Source of the DNA: Octopus sinensis
Lineage: Eukaryota
Direction of reading: 5' to 3'
NCBI RefSeq assembly: GCF_006345805.1
Contig: NC_042997.1
Coordinates: 149,668,001-149,732,000 of the forward strand
Length of the DNA stretch: 64,000 nt
Shown piece by piece: positions 40,016 to 52,768 of this stretch (positions within the stretch are counted from its first letter, which is position 1; each line of letters opens with the position of its first letter). Both the position numbers and the translations under genes were made by a program. The notes under the pieces are model-generated. The model did not search any database, was not told where the DNA came from, and saw nothing but the letters and a program-made list of their open reading frames with translations.

Positions 40016-43000
40016 CAGTAGTTTTATTTTTATAGCGTGCTTTCACTTCACTACCGAGCGCAGCTCTGTGTGCCTTGGGTATGTGCTGTGATTTGTTGTG
40101 ATGCTCTGATGGTTATTGTATGGAAAGTGTTCTGCGTAGGATGTGTGCAGTGCCAAGTAGTGCAATTTTCTGTATGTTATATGTGTTTGTAAGTCCTGGT
40201 GATTTGTTATGTATTTGTCTGAATATTTTTTTATCATACCTAATGCACCTACTATGATAGGAATTGTTTCTGTTTTTAGATTCCACATTCTGGTTACCTC
40301 TATTTCCAGGTCTTTGTATATTGAAAGTTTCTCCATTTCTTTTAGAGACACGTTGTCATCTACCGGTATTGGTACATCAATTAGAAAGCATTTTTTTCTT
40401 CATGATCTCTGACAACTATATCTGGTCTGTTGGCCTTAATTTCTCTATCGGCATATCCCAGAGTATGGTTGCTTTCTCGTTTTCTGTGACCTTTACTGGT
40501 GTGTGCCTATACCATCTTTTTGCTGTTGTTATTCCATAATGTTGGCATAGCTTCCAGTGTATGTAGGTTCCAACTCTCTCATGTCTGTGAATATATTCCT
40601 TCTTAGCCAGGACCGGCAGCCAGAGATATGATTTATTGTTTCTTGTCCATCTCCACATATTCTGCAGTTACTTGTTATATTTCTTTTCATTACATGTTTT
40701 CGGTAATTTCTGGTGGGGAGGCTTTGGTCTTGTGCTGCAATTAAAAATCCCTCTGACTCTGCTTTGAGTCCTGAGCTTCTCAACCATTGCTGGGATTTTT
40801 CTTTGTCTATTTCTTTTGCGTTTAATTTAGTCCAGTATTTGCCATGAAGGGGCTTTTCTTGCCATCGTTTTATCATGGTTCGTTGCTGTTCTAGTTTTAG
40901 TTTGGATTTCATTTGTTTTATAGCTTTTGTTGTATCTTCATCTTCTTCTTCTTTATATTTGTTAGGTGGTATGATTTCTTGTTTGTATTTGTCAGCTTCC
41001 TTAAATACTGAGAACAGTTTTTTGTTTGGCTCGTGTTTTGCCGCTATTTGTATCAGTTTTCCTTCCTTCTGAAGTAGATATTTTTGCAGTCCTATGGTGG
41101 TTATTTTATAGTACGTGTCCAGCTGTATAAGGCCTCTACCAACTTCTATACGTTGTTTATATAGTCTTTCTATGTCAGATTTTGGGTGATGCATCCTAGA
41201 CACTGTCATTATTTTCCTTGTTTTCCAATCTATTTTCGTCAGTTCATTTAGTGTCCAGTTAAGGATGTTGTAGCTGTAACTTATAACTGGGACAGCTAAA
41301 ATGTTAATAGCTATAATCTTGTTTTTAGCATTGAGCTCTGTTTTTAGTATTGATATAACTCGTCTATAATATTCTTTTTTTATTTTCTCTTTCATTTGTG
41401 TGTGTTGTGTCTTATCTAGTTCATGGATTTCTAAGTATTTGTAAGTTTGGCTTTGGTCTAATTCTTGTATTTCATTGGTTTTTATCTAGTGTGATGTTGC
41501 TACTCTTAACTAGTTTTCCTCTTTTCAGTGTTACTTTGGCGCATTTTTCTAATCCAAATTTCATATCTATTTCTTTGGTAAATCCATGAACTGTCTTTAG
41601 TAGTGTTTCCAGCTGTTTGTCATTTGCAGCGTATAGTTTTAGGTCATCCATATATAAAAGGTGGCTGATCGTTTTGCCGTAACATTTATATCCGCATCCA
41701 GTTCTATTTAGCATATCAGATAGAGATGACAGTACCATGCAGAAAAGGAGTGGATAGAGCGTGTCTCCCTGGAATATTCCTCTTCTAATGGGGATGGCTT
41801 TGGTTTTCATGAGTCCCTCTTTTGTTTGGAGCTGTAGCACTGTTTGCCATTTATTCATAGAGTGCCCTATGTATTTTATAATTGTTGGTGCTACTTTGTT
41901 AATGGCTAGTGTTTCGAGGATCCATGTGTGGGGGATGCTATCAAACGTCATTCCGTAGTCGATCCAGGCCATACTGAGGTCTTTCTTCTTTCTGTGGCTG
42001 TCTTCAGTTATTGCTTAATTGATCATTAGTTGATCTTTACAGCCGTATAAGCCTTTGCGGCATCCTTTCTGTTCTTCTGGGAACAGGTTGTTTTCGTCCA
42101 AGTGCTTGTTTAATCTTTGTGATATTACTGCAGTAAATGGTATGTACATCGTAGGGAGACAGGTTATAGGTCGGTAGTTTTCTGGTTTTGCTGTCTCATT
42201 GGATTTGGGAATTAAGATGGTTTTCCCCTTCGTGTGCCATTCAGGCATTGTCTCTGGCTCTGCCAGTATGTTGTTAAAGATTTCAGACAGCTTTTTGTGC
42301 ATTTCTGGTAGATATTTCAACCAGAAGTTGGGGATCTTATCATGCCCAGGTACCTTCCAGTTGCTTGGTCTTTTTAGTGCCTGGGTGACCTCTTCAGTTG
42401 TTATGGGGGTCCAAAGTTTCTCAGATGCTGTGTTTGTTGTTTTAATACTTTTTTTTTTGGTTGTTCATTCGCCGACCATATTCCTTTCCAGAATTCTTCC
42501 ACTTCTTCAGCCGTTGGTGCTTCAGTGATGTCTATTTTATTCTTGCCAAGTTCTTGGTAGAACTATTTGGGTTGGAGTTGAACTGTTTGTTCTGTTCAAA
42601 GAAACGTTGGCGTTTCTCATACCGGAGGATCCTTTGTGCTTTGACAAGGATATCTTGCTTTAGTTTTTCTTTTATCTCAGGTAAATCTTTTTCTGTGATG
42701 TTGTATTTGCACAGTATTTTTGTTTTCTTTTTGTTGCTCAGTAGCGTTGATTTTCTACTGATTTCGTTAAGAACCGACAGATCTTTTCTCATTTTTTGTA
42801 TTTTCTTTTGCTTGTTAGTTATCCACAGGGTTTGTTTGGGTGGTGGTACTCCTGTTTGGATGGGTTTGAGTGAGTATCCAGCTTCTTTTGTGGCTGCAGT
42901 GGCTGCTGCATATACTAAGTCATTTAGCTCAGTGATATCGCTATTTGTTTCAGTGGCTATTAGTTAGGTGATGGCTAGGTTTATGGTGTTTTGTTTATTT

Positions 43001-44114
43001 TGATTTTTGGGAGGTATGGTCGGTGGTCCATCTTGAGATCTGTGTTTTTCAGTTCTTTGATTATTCTACTTTTTATAGTATTATAATCATTAGGCTCCCC
43101 TTCGTTGTTTCCAGGTTTTAGATTTGTGTCACTTTCTTTCTCATCCTTATGTTTGTCTGTAGTGTTTTGGCTTGCTGCTTGTTGTGCATTATTATGCATC
43201 CTTACGGTCTGGTTTTGTTATTTTTGTTTGTTTACATCGTTTTTGTTGGGAATGTTACGTTTGTCTTCGTGTTTTGCTATCTCAGTGTTCATATTATTTG
43301 GCATTGTTTTGTGGTTTCTATCTACATTTTCCTGATGTATTTTTTCTTTTAAATGTTCTATCTCTATTTCTGATATTTTTTTTGCGTTGAGAATATATCT
43401 TCGTACGTTAGCTAGTTTATTAGGGTTCATTGTTGTATCTAATTCTTTGTTTATGTTATTTTTCTTCCATATTTTATATGTATATGTTGTGTTTTCATTC
43501 TTTGGATAGAGCACTGCTGTAAAGTAAGCATGTAGGATAGAAATGTATTTCTCACGTGTCCATTTATGCCTTTTTGGTTTTATTTGCGGGACATGAGGAA
43601 CAACGTCCGGCCCATTATTTTGACTGTCGTCATTTTCGTAGGGTACCAGTCCCGTTCATTTCTGTTGTCACTTTGTTTTGTACGTGTCCTTTTCCGTACT
43701 TTCTGTGTAACAGGTTCAAAGTACGCACTTCCCGATTGTTATTTTTGGGTTGAATAATATCGGTGTTATTTAATTTCTTCGTAGTTTTTTTGTACATGGT
43801 GTTTGGGGCCGGAGATGATCTGGTGTTGATGGATCGTAATGTATCACGCATGTTTACATGTGTTGTGTTAGAGATGGAGATGATATCGAGTTAAAATGCA
43901 TCATTTCGTTTGGAAAATAGAATTAAATTTCAATGAGTATTACTTACTCGGATATAGTCCAATCCTTTGTGAGTTAATTTTTGGCTCCATACGATGTCTT
44001 TGTTTTCGAAGTTTGTGGATAGATTTCGGAGCACTGTTTTATCGTTCTCACATGTTAAACGTCCCCGGTGTACTCTGTTAAACGTCGCCGGTGTTCTCTC
44101 GTTAAACGTCCCCG

Positions 44115-44115
<1 letters not shown>
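40016..44115 (-). mobile_element. Near full-length R4/Dong-clade non-LTR retrotransposon (RT + CCHC + RLE), inactivated, in a (TAA)n tract
   Basis: NPNKLANVRRYIL; WKVPGHDKIPNFWLKYL; NYRPITCLPTMY; GIFQGDTL; HLLYMDDLKLY; QDQSLPTRNY...CRICG...ETINHISGC; FLIDVPIP...EKLSIYKDL...IIVGALG. (TAT)n at 39998-40015 and 44116-44202. Several frameshifts and stops. Confidence 0.95.
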
Positions 44116-44177
<62 letters not shown>

Positions 44178-44584
44178 ATTATTATTATTAATATTATTAT
44201 TACAGCATATTCCATTTAAATTTGCCCGATGCACGTACACGATTTCGCTTCAGCCCACTTTAGTGGATGGACCTTAAATAAACTAATCAATAGTTGAATG
44301 CAATTGGATGCAAGAGCAATCGCTAGAATGCAGCAGAAATGAGCATCGGGCAAATTTTAATCGAATATGCTGTAAGTGGCTGTAGAAAAAAATAACGAGA
44401 AAAATTATTCAGATGTACTAATCCCCAAATTCAATGTAATGTATGTTGTATATCAATCTACCAAGCTCCAAATATATATGCAGGTGCATGCATGTGAATA
44501 TACGTGTATATATACACAATAACACTCAGTCATCCATATACACCCATATATATACCGACATACTCGCGTGCGCGCAAACACACT

Positions 44585-44648
<64 letters not shown>

Positions 44649-44934
44649 TCAAAGTCTATGAGAACTATCTCATACAGGTTTTGAAATGTACAGGTGGTTT
44701 TTTAAAACATTATTTTTTTTAATGTTATGAAATCTATTATGAAGATGTTACTAACCTTTTGGGGATTTTTTTGTCTAATTTACCTTTATATATAGATAGG
44801 TAGATTGTTAGGTAGGTAGACTAACATTATGTATGCATTTATGTATCTATATATGTTGGTATGACATGTCTGTATGCATTTATGTATGCATGTTGGTAGG
44901 TAGTTATGTAGGTAGACAGGTAGGTAGGTGGCTA

Positions 44935-45150
44935 TGTAGGTGTGAAGTGCATGACTTATTGGTTAAGGTGTTGACCGTTCCAGCATAACTTTGATGTTTC
45001 GTTTCCTAATAGGACGATACAGTTTTTCCGAAAGAAAGGCGTTTCAATTCATCTTGCTCCGGTCAATTCAGATGAAAGTAAGTAATATTGCACTGCTGAT
45101 ACAACCCTCTCATCTTCATCAGGTATATCCCCATTATTCCTTTGGGCCAG
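44935..45150 (+). mobile_element. Old family V-like SINE remnant
   Basis: ttggttaaggtgttgac head and tttcaattcatcttgctccggtcaattcag core similarity. Confidence 0.45.
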
Positions 45151-46589
45151 TGGTGGAATGGAGCGAGAGTGTCTGTCTATGTTTGCTTGCGAGAAGAGAG
45201 GCACCTAAAACAACTGTTATGTCTGGCTCGCTTTTTCAGAGACGTCTAACTTATAAACTTTTGCATGTATATGTCTGTGTGTAGGCTTGTGTGTTTGTTT
45301 GTGCATGTCTGTGTGCGTGTCCGTATGTGTGTATGAATGAAAGTACTTATATTTATGCGTTTGTTTTGTTGTGGATAATTTTTCATTTGTATTTTGTAAG
45401 TTAAATTTATATTTGTGAAACTGAGAATATATTTGCTTAATTGTAAGTTGCAAAATGGAAATTGATGTTGTACTCAAACCTGAATAAGAAGAAAATATTG
45501 AAATGTGCATACACACACGTAATAACCCGCACGTATACAGATAAACATATACACGTATATGCTAGTAGAGATGTACACCCAATCCGAAAGAGAAGCGTGA
45601 GTACAGGAACGTAATTCCCTGCTGAAATGCCGACCATTCATATACACAGCTGCACATGTTTCGATATGCACACACAAGCGATCACAAACATGCACACGCG
45701 CACACATACAGACATACACACATACTCACATACATGCAGTGAGAGGGTGATTAACCGGAATGAGAGAATGAGTAACTGAAGAATTGAGAAAAGTTAAGAC
45801 ACATGTGTATACGTATAGTTGTGTGCTCTAAGAATATATAATAATTTACAAATACAAACAAGTGTATATGCGCATGCCATTGTTTTAACAGAAGCGCTCC
45901 ACACGCTTTGTGCGTGTCTAAGTGTGTTTGAAAATCTCTACATCAGATTCTCGTCAAAAGTAAAAATCTGGGATGGTTAGAAACCGACAAGTGGCACGTA
46001 ACTACATTAGATAAAGGTGTAACATATAATTAGCTTCATGATAGAATTTGATGGCCCGCGGTTCAATTAACACACCCAACTTCCTGTTATCGTAAACACT
46101 TCCTTTAGAGAGTAGTCTTCAAGTATGTCTTAATGCAATTAGCCAGATCCAGCAATTTTACTCTATTCCTACCATATTTCTCAACCACCTGCACTTAACA
46201 ACTAAATTATGCCAGACTTTCGAGATTCTTCTGATCGATATTTGAACAATTATTTGAATAATGTTTTTAACCATGAATCTCTAACTAGATAAAGACAGTG
46301 GATGGATGTTTTCTTCAAGACAGTAAGTTATTGGTAGCAACTGTTAATATGTGTATTACTATGTCATACAATCACCATCTAATTGTCTATCAATAAGAAT
46401 GAGTAAGTTTGCTGTTGTAGGTAATGCTTTAGAAGTCTCGAGGAATGTAATTTTCTTTCTATTATCTTTATGCTATTTGTATATATATATATATTGATTT
46501 ATATACGTACATAAATGGATACAGAAGCAGCAAGCTGTTTTCTGATTAAACATTTTATACAGGATGTATATTTTGAGTGTTAAATATAT

Positions 46590-48360
46590 ATACGCCATCA
46601 ATCGGAAATTTATTTCTATTGCTGACTGTTTTAGATTGTCTGAGTGGTTGATTTACCATTGTGCTGTTCTGCAATTCCTTCAATCCCTCACCCTGTATTT
46701 TGGTGGGAATTTTGTTGAATAAAATGTATTAGTTAGTAATGCTTATCTATGTAGACTTTTTCGCGTTTCGCTGACCATATACGCGAACTGATCAATATGT
46801 ATCCAGACTGTTGGCCTCGTAATGAAGCTAAAGCACGCAGAGTGACGCCGCTTGACAACTATGTTTTCCATGCGCACAAACTTTGAACGTTCTAGCTCTC
46901 TTCCGCTGTTTACAGCAATGCTTGGAAGGGAGGTGTACAGCGGGTGATCGTCGCATTGACCATGATATGGCAAGTTGTCATCGTGATACCTGCTCAAAGG
47001 CCAACGGAAAGTTGCAGAAAGTGTATGGAGAGGATTGTATGAGCCGTACACGAGTGTATGAGTAGTTCAAAGGTTTCCAAGATGGTCGAAATATTGACAA
47101 AAACAGAACTGAGGAAAATATCGCTGATGTGAGTGCAGCTGTGAAAGAAAATCGTCGAATCACCATCCATGAGTCATCAGAAGATGTGCAGATTAGTTAC
47201 GGTTCTGTTCAATCCATTATCACTGAAGAATTGTGTATGAGACACGTGTCTGCTAAGTTTGGGCCCAAATCGCTTTCAGCTGACTAAAATACACTCGGGT
47301 TTAAGTTGCAGAATCTCTCCTAGATTGTGTCGAGAACGATGAAAACTTCTTGAAAATATTGCGTAGGCCTCTGAACATGTATCGCCGAGCTTTTGGCAAA
47401 ATTTGATGCAGACTCTGCTTAACTTTCTCTGTCATGGTCAATTCGACGATCACGTGCTACTTACCTTCCTTCCCAGCACTGCATGCACAGCAAAGTAGAA
47501 ATTCAGTCTGTAACAAGCCGCTTCACTCTGCGTGCTTTAGTTTCATTACTATTGCAGCAGCCCGGATACTTATTTATTAGACCCCGTCTTACAAATGGAG
47601 TTTCGCAGGGCTTCAAGGTTACTGTGGGGCTTCACATAATCTCTTCTTACCAGTTTATTCCAGATGAAGCCAGAACACGGCTGTTTCGTCTATTTGTGTT
47701 TATATTTTGTGTGAAATTCTTCTCATCTGTATAAAATATCAATCCAGGTGTGCGTTTCATTTTGTTCCACCTCCTATTCTTTTATCTTAAAGTAACAAGC
47801 GTCTTCACAAGTCTTAGAACGATTTTATTTTCAAGTCTTTTGTCACTGTTCTTTCAACCGTCATAACTGAAACTCCTCTTTTACATCCCAACATAGATTG
47901 AGTTGGATCTCTTCTGATTGATCTCTTCTACTCCAGATTCAAATGATGACCCCCACCCCACCCTCTTGCGGTTATGATTTCCCGAACCAGTTTACGTTTT
48001 CACTATTTCCTGTTTCTCAAATTTATTCACAATCCTCCTGATAGTTCTTGAATAGTCTTTGAAGATGGAAGCCAGAGAATTAATGTTGGTGCCATTACTG
48101 AAGCTCTGGATAATCTTAGCACTCTTAAAATTGCTCATTTGGGAAAACATGGCGAGGCAAAATGATTTGAGTTTGTTCACTTTGTAGCTAAATAACTGAA
48201 TAACTGGATGGGTATTTTATTGATTCTAACAAAATCTGATGTCCGTATGGCCAGGTATCTTATATGGGAAACATGGTAAATTGCAAATCAATTAGTTGAC
48301 TGGTTTCAAGACCTTTTAAGGAATTCTGAGAGTTACAGTTATGCTGGCACACCCGTTATA
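46590..48360 (-). mobile_element. Decayed Tc1/maT-like transposon hosting a mariner insertion
   Basis: Minus-strand RTIRRIVNKFEK, IFYTDEKNF (first catalytic D), KPHSNLEALRNSI; terminus-like ...gctggcacacccgtta. Left boundary uncertain. Confidence 0.5.
46782..47589 (+). mobile_element. Internally deleted mariner element
   Basis: KLQKVYGEDCMSRTRVYE*FKGFQDGR...RHVSAKFGPK; ~60-bp imperfect TIRs containing gtaatgaagctaaagcacgcagagtga and its reverse complement; TA flanks. Confidence 0.82.
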
Positions 48361-49307
48361 TATATATAGGCACACACACACACACGCACATATATATTGA
48401 TGTATGCTTACATGTATGCAAATTTGTATAATTTTGCTACTGTAAAGTCATCGATTTCTTTGTTATATTTTCAAATTGGCTATTAGTCAACGATGTGTTC
48501 TGCGATTATTCTAGAAGTTGAAGTGATAGCCATATATTTGACACTAGGTATGTGATGAATAATGCAACGAATAAGTTAGAGTCACGTGCATTCCTGTCTG
48601 ACTTTGGGTTCGTCCTTTCTATACGTTGCTCATTCGCCATATTTTGCAGAATTTTGTTTTGAACAGTAAATCGACACTGGTAAGTTCTGATCATTTGCCT
48701 GCTGGATATTGAAAATTTCCTTTACCTCCTTGGTCGCTGAGTGTGCTATTATTATTTTCTACAATTACAATTTTAGGGAACATTTTTTAAAAGATTACTT
48801 CAAGAATTTTATGCATTTTTTCTGAGAGATTATTCTAACCCCTATTGTCATTTAATTGATTTTTGAAACTGAGTGATAGGTTGACTCTTCGCCCTTGCAA
48901 TAATAGTAAATGAAAGCCATGAAAAGCGATGTGAGTGGGTGTGGTTATTTCATAACTACGAAGGAGCATTTAGTAACCGTTGGCAAAATTGTTATGACTG
49001 ATTTCCATATTGGTTCCTAGTTCTAATCGAAGCCTCTTTAATCCTGTTTCATAGATTGCAGTCAGTATTCTGAAACAAAAGTCGACTGGTCAAGTTTTAA
49101 GAGGCGTAAATATAACTGATATACTGCATTCACAGAGAAAATGTCACGCTAAAAATAATGGGGAGAAGCACAACGAACTTGGCTGTCTATGTCTGCATCG
49201 TACTGTGGCATTCACAAACAAAAACAAAATGCCCTGTATCCGATTATAAAAATGATTTGCCCATATTTCCATCTACTGTGAGGAGTTTTATCAATTTTGT
49301 AAATATC

Positions 49308-49710
49308 TTTTCTACTCTAGGCACAAGGCCCGAAATTTTTGGGGAGGAACCCAGTCGATGAGATCGACCCCAGAACACAACTGGTACTTAATTTATCGAC
49401 CCCCGAAAGAATGAAAGGCAAAGTCAACCTCGGCGTAATTTGAACTCGGAACGTAAAGTCAGACGAAATATCTATTTCTATTTCTTTACTACCCACAATG
49501 GGCTAAACACAAAGTGGACAAACAAGGACAGACAATTATTTAAGTCGATTATATCTACCTCAGTGCGTAACTGGCACTTATTTAATCGACCCCGAAAGGA
49601 TGAAAGGCAAAGTCAACCTCGGCGGAATTTGAGCTCAGAACGTAACGGCAGACGAAATACGGCTACGCATTTTGCCCGGCGTTCTAACGTTTTTGCCAGC
49701 TCACCACCTT
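49308..49710 (-). mobile_element. SINE family M composite head-core-tail B-core-tail A'
   Basis: Two ~120-bp core copies (49353-49472 and 49543-49661) flank tail B. Confidence 0.88.
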
Positions 49711-50598
49711 CAGTATTGTAAGTATCGACACAGCTATGCCCAAATAGAAGTAGTGATTGGTTTCTAACAGATGGAACTGTAGAGTTACAAATGATAATGA
49801 AAATAGATTTTGGAGTTTAGTTTCCCAAATCTTGCTATTGCATTTTTAGGTATGCAATGCATTTAATCAAACTCTACAGACTACACCATAGTCATCGTAT
49901 ATACATAGATCATTCAGTTGAAACAATGCGGCGTCAAGTAAAAACATTGAATATTTTAAAAATTCGAAAATATCACTAACAGTGAAGTAATTGAATGTAA
50001 ATTAAGAGGACTAAATGATGATTTTGTTTGGATTATTTACTTTATATTTAGTTATATATTGAAGCGAACTAAATAATGAAACCGATTAAAAATAAAAACT
50101 AAAGTTAGGAGAAACATGACTAAAATAACGTAACGCTGAAACTAATACATTTAATTTCACATTTTTCTTACTTTTTTTTCTTTTTTTTTCCTTTTAAAAC
50201 TACATTAGTTGCGAATCTAAGAGACAAATTTATTTTTGATTCTAAAGATTTTACTCCAATCAAAATAAGTTTCGTTATAACTTTCAAAAATATACTATTA
50301 ATAAATTTTTACAGATTATTATCTAATAAATCCTTGTTTATATTTTTAAATCGTACATATACTGAAAGAGAGAGAGAGAGAGAGATAGAGAGACAGACAG
50401 ACAGACAGAGAGAGGCACGAGCATGGTTCAGAGGCTGAGAAACTCGCTTCGCAACGATAGGGCAAAAAGGTTCAGTTTCCTCCTTAGAATCATAAATAAT
50501 GCACTCAGGCATTCGTTACTTTGTGATTGGAAAATTCCTTTGGGAACTTGATGTGTGCATGTATGAATGTGTGCGTGTATATTCTTCTTCTTTTTCTT

Positions 50599-50629
<31 letters not shown>

Positions 50630-50652
50630 TTATTATTATTATTATTATTATT

Positions 50653-50826
50653 CAGTAGTTTTATTTTTATTTTTATAGCGTGCTTTCACTTCACTACCGA
50701 GCGCAGCTCTGTGTGCCTTGGGTATGTGCTGTGATTTGTTGTGATGCTCTGATGGTTATTGTATGGAAAGTGTTCTGCGTAGGATGTGTGCAGTGCCTAG
50801 TAGTGCAATTTTCTGTGTTATATGTG

Positions 50827-50831
<5 letters not shown>
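50653..50831 (-). mobile_element. 5'-truncated 3' end of the same Dong family as 40016-44115, flanked by (TTA)n
   Basis: Almost identical to 40016-40192. Confidence 0.95.
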
Positions 50832-50880
<49 letters not shown>

Positions 50881-50904
50881 AATAATAAAAAAATAATAAT
50901 AATG

Positions 50905-50950
<46 letters not shown>

Positions 50951-50952
<2 letters not shown>

Positions 50953-51160
50953 GAAACAATAAAGAAGAGGGCGCCTGTTATCAAACGAACAATATTTCGA
51001 CATCTCATGTGTCTTCCACAGGTTCAAAAATAAACTTCAATCCTATGAATATTACCAAAATGAAGTAGATTGACAAGTATATTTTTTGAACCTATGGAAG
51101 ACACACGTGAGGTCAAAATATGTTCATTTGATAACAGTCGCACTCTTCTTTATTATTTCA
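50951..51160. repeat. ~210-bp foldback (imperfect palindrome, ~95-bp arms)
   Basis: aataaagaagagggcgcctgttatcaaacgaac...gtgtcttccacaggttcaaaaa pairs with ttttgaacctatggaagacac...gttcatttgataacagtcgcactcttctttatt. Confidence 0.85.
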
Positions 51161-51164
51161 TAAT

Positions 51165-51720
51165 AAATGCCCTGATGCAATACCAGGCAGTGACACTCAT
51201 GGCTTTTTATCTTAACTGATTGAAAGTGTTATCGTGTAAATTAATTTGTCTTGGTATAAAAGATGGGCTACTGGAAATATTCAGCTCAATACCACATATT
51301 TGCTTGTTTATTGCTTGACCATAACCAGTTGAGCATGCCCCTTAGTGGCTACCGATGTGCTTCTCTGATTACGAGCAAAAGTACTGGGGAGCATCATAGC
51401 CATGTGTTGAGAGGAATTCTTTGGGGTTTGGAAAATTCACCTTCGGCAGCAAGTGCGTTTTGTTCAACATCATTTAATAACCCTTATTCAGGGACCTATT
51501 GAGCAGGATGGGCTATTGAAGCTGAAGAAAATTCTAACTGGGCCGCACTTGCAAGGTCATGCGCTGTCTATCTTGATATAAAATCACCATGTCGCACATA
51601 TATGGTTGTGATGCATTTGCCTGGTGTACCATTATCAGACGTATAGTCATGATGGGTATACTGGACTTCGTATATTTTACCAGTTTCACTTTGATGACAT
51701 TCACTACTCATTCACCCAAT
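51165..51720 (+). mobile_element. Unclassified non-coding retroposon-like segment ending in (AAT)n
   Basis: More GC-balanced block between AAT tracts, ending ...cacccaatg(aat)n; single copy here. Confidence 0.45.
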
Positions 51721-51747
51721 GAATAATAATAATGATAATAATAAAAT

Positions 51748-51800
<53 letters not shown>

Positions 51801-52008
51801 TAATAATAATAATAATAATAATAAAAATAATAATAATTATAATAATAATAATGATATAGGTAGCCTGTTAGCAATAAAATCTTAAAGGCAAATTTATTAA
51901 CAAGAGTACAAAATAGTACCAGCATTGCTACAAACAAGTGTCAAAAGCTACTCAATTATCCACAATGTATATATATATATACATATATATAAATAGAGAG
52001 AGAGAGAG

Positions 52009-52139
<131 letters not shown>

Positions 52140-52768
52140 AATGGCACTGCTTAAAAAGTGTCAGCTTTTCCCCTCTTAATCAAAATTCATATCGTTAGAT
52201 TCATTTTAGTCTTGCCTTAGTAGATACACAAGACAACTTCGCCTTTGTTTCCGTCACAGGAGAATAACTTTTCATTTGCGACTATATTTTCATAATGCAC
52301 TCAATTTATTAGTGCAAAAGAATCTAGGACACAAATATTTCTATATATTGTAACTCTTCAGATAGTAGTAATCTGAGTAACAAAATGACGAGAACCGAGA
52401 GCATTAATTAGAGCTGGAAAAATAAGATCAAATCAACTAAGAGTTTGTTCACTGAAATTATAAACAATGCCATCGATTCTCGTCAGATTATTTTGTTCAA
52501 GTACTTCTCCCTTTAGTGACACGTGTCAAAGCGCTGGTGTCCCATACTATATTGCACTATGTAATAGAATGCTATGAATACAGTCGGAAAGGAGAAGTGG
52601 TTCTCCTGTGACAGACAAAACGGCGATTAACAAATTGGTCTCGAATCTTGCTGAGAGGTTTTAAAAATAATTATGCAAGTTTTAAGAATAAATACGCAAT
52701 AGTTTCAGTTGACGCTGTTCACCTCGTAAATAAAGCTTTACATGCACACACACAAACGCACAGATATA

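Noticed and set aside
45900-46160. Cluster of TAATTA/CAATTA and ACTTCCT words, possible enhancer
   Set aside because: Such words are expected by chance in AT-rich DNA; conservation or chromatin data would be needed.
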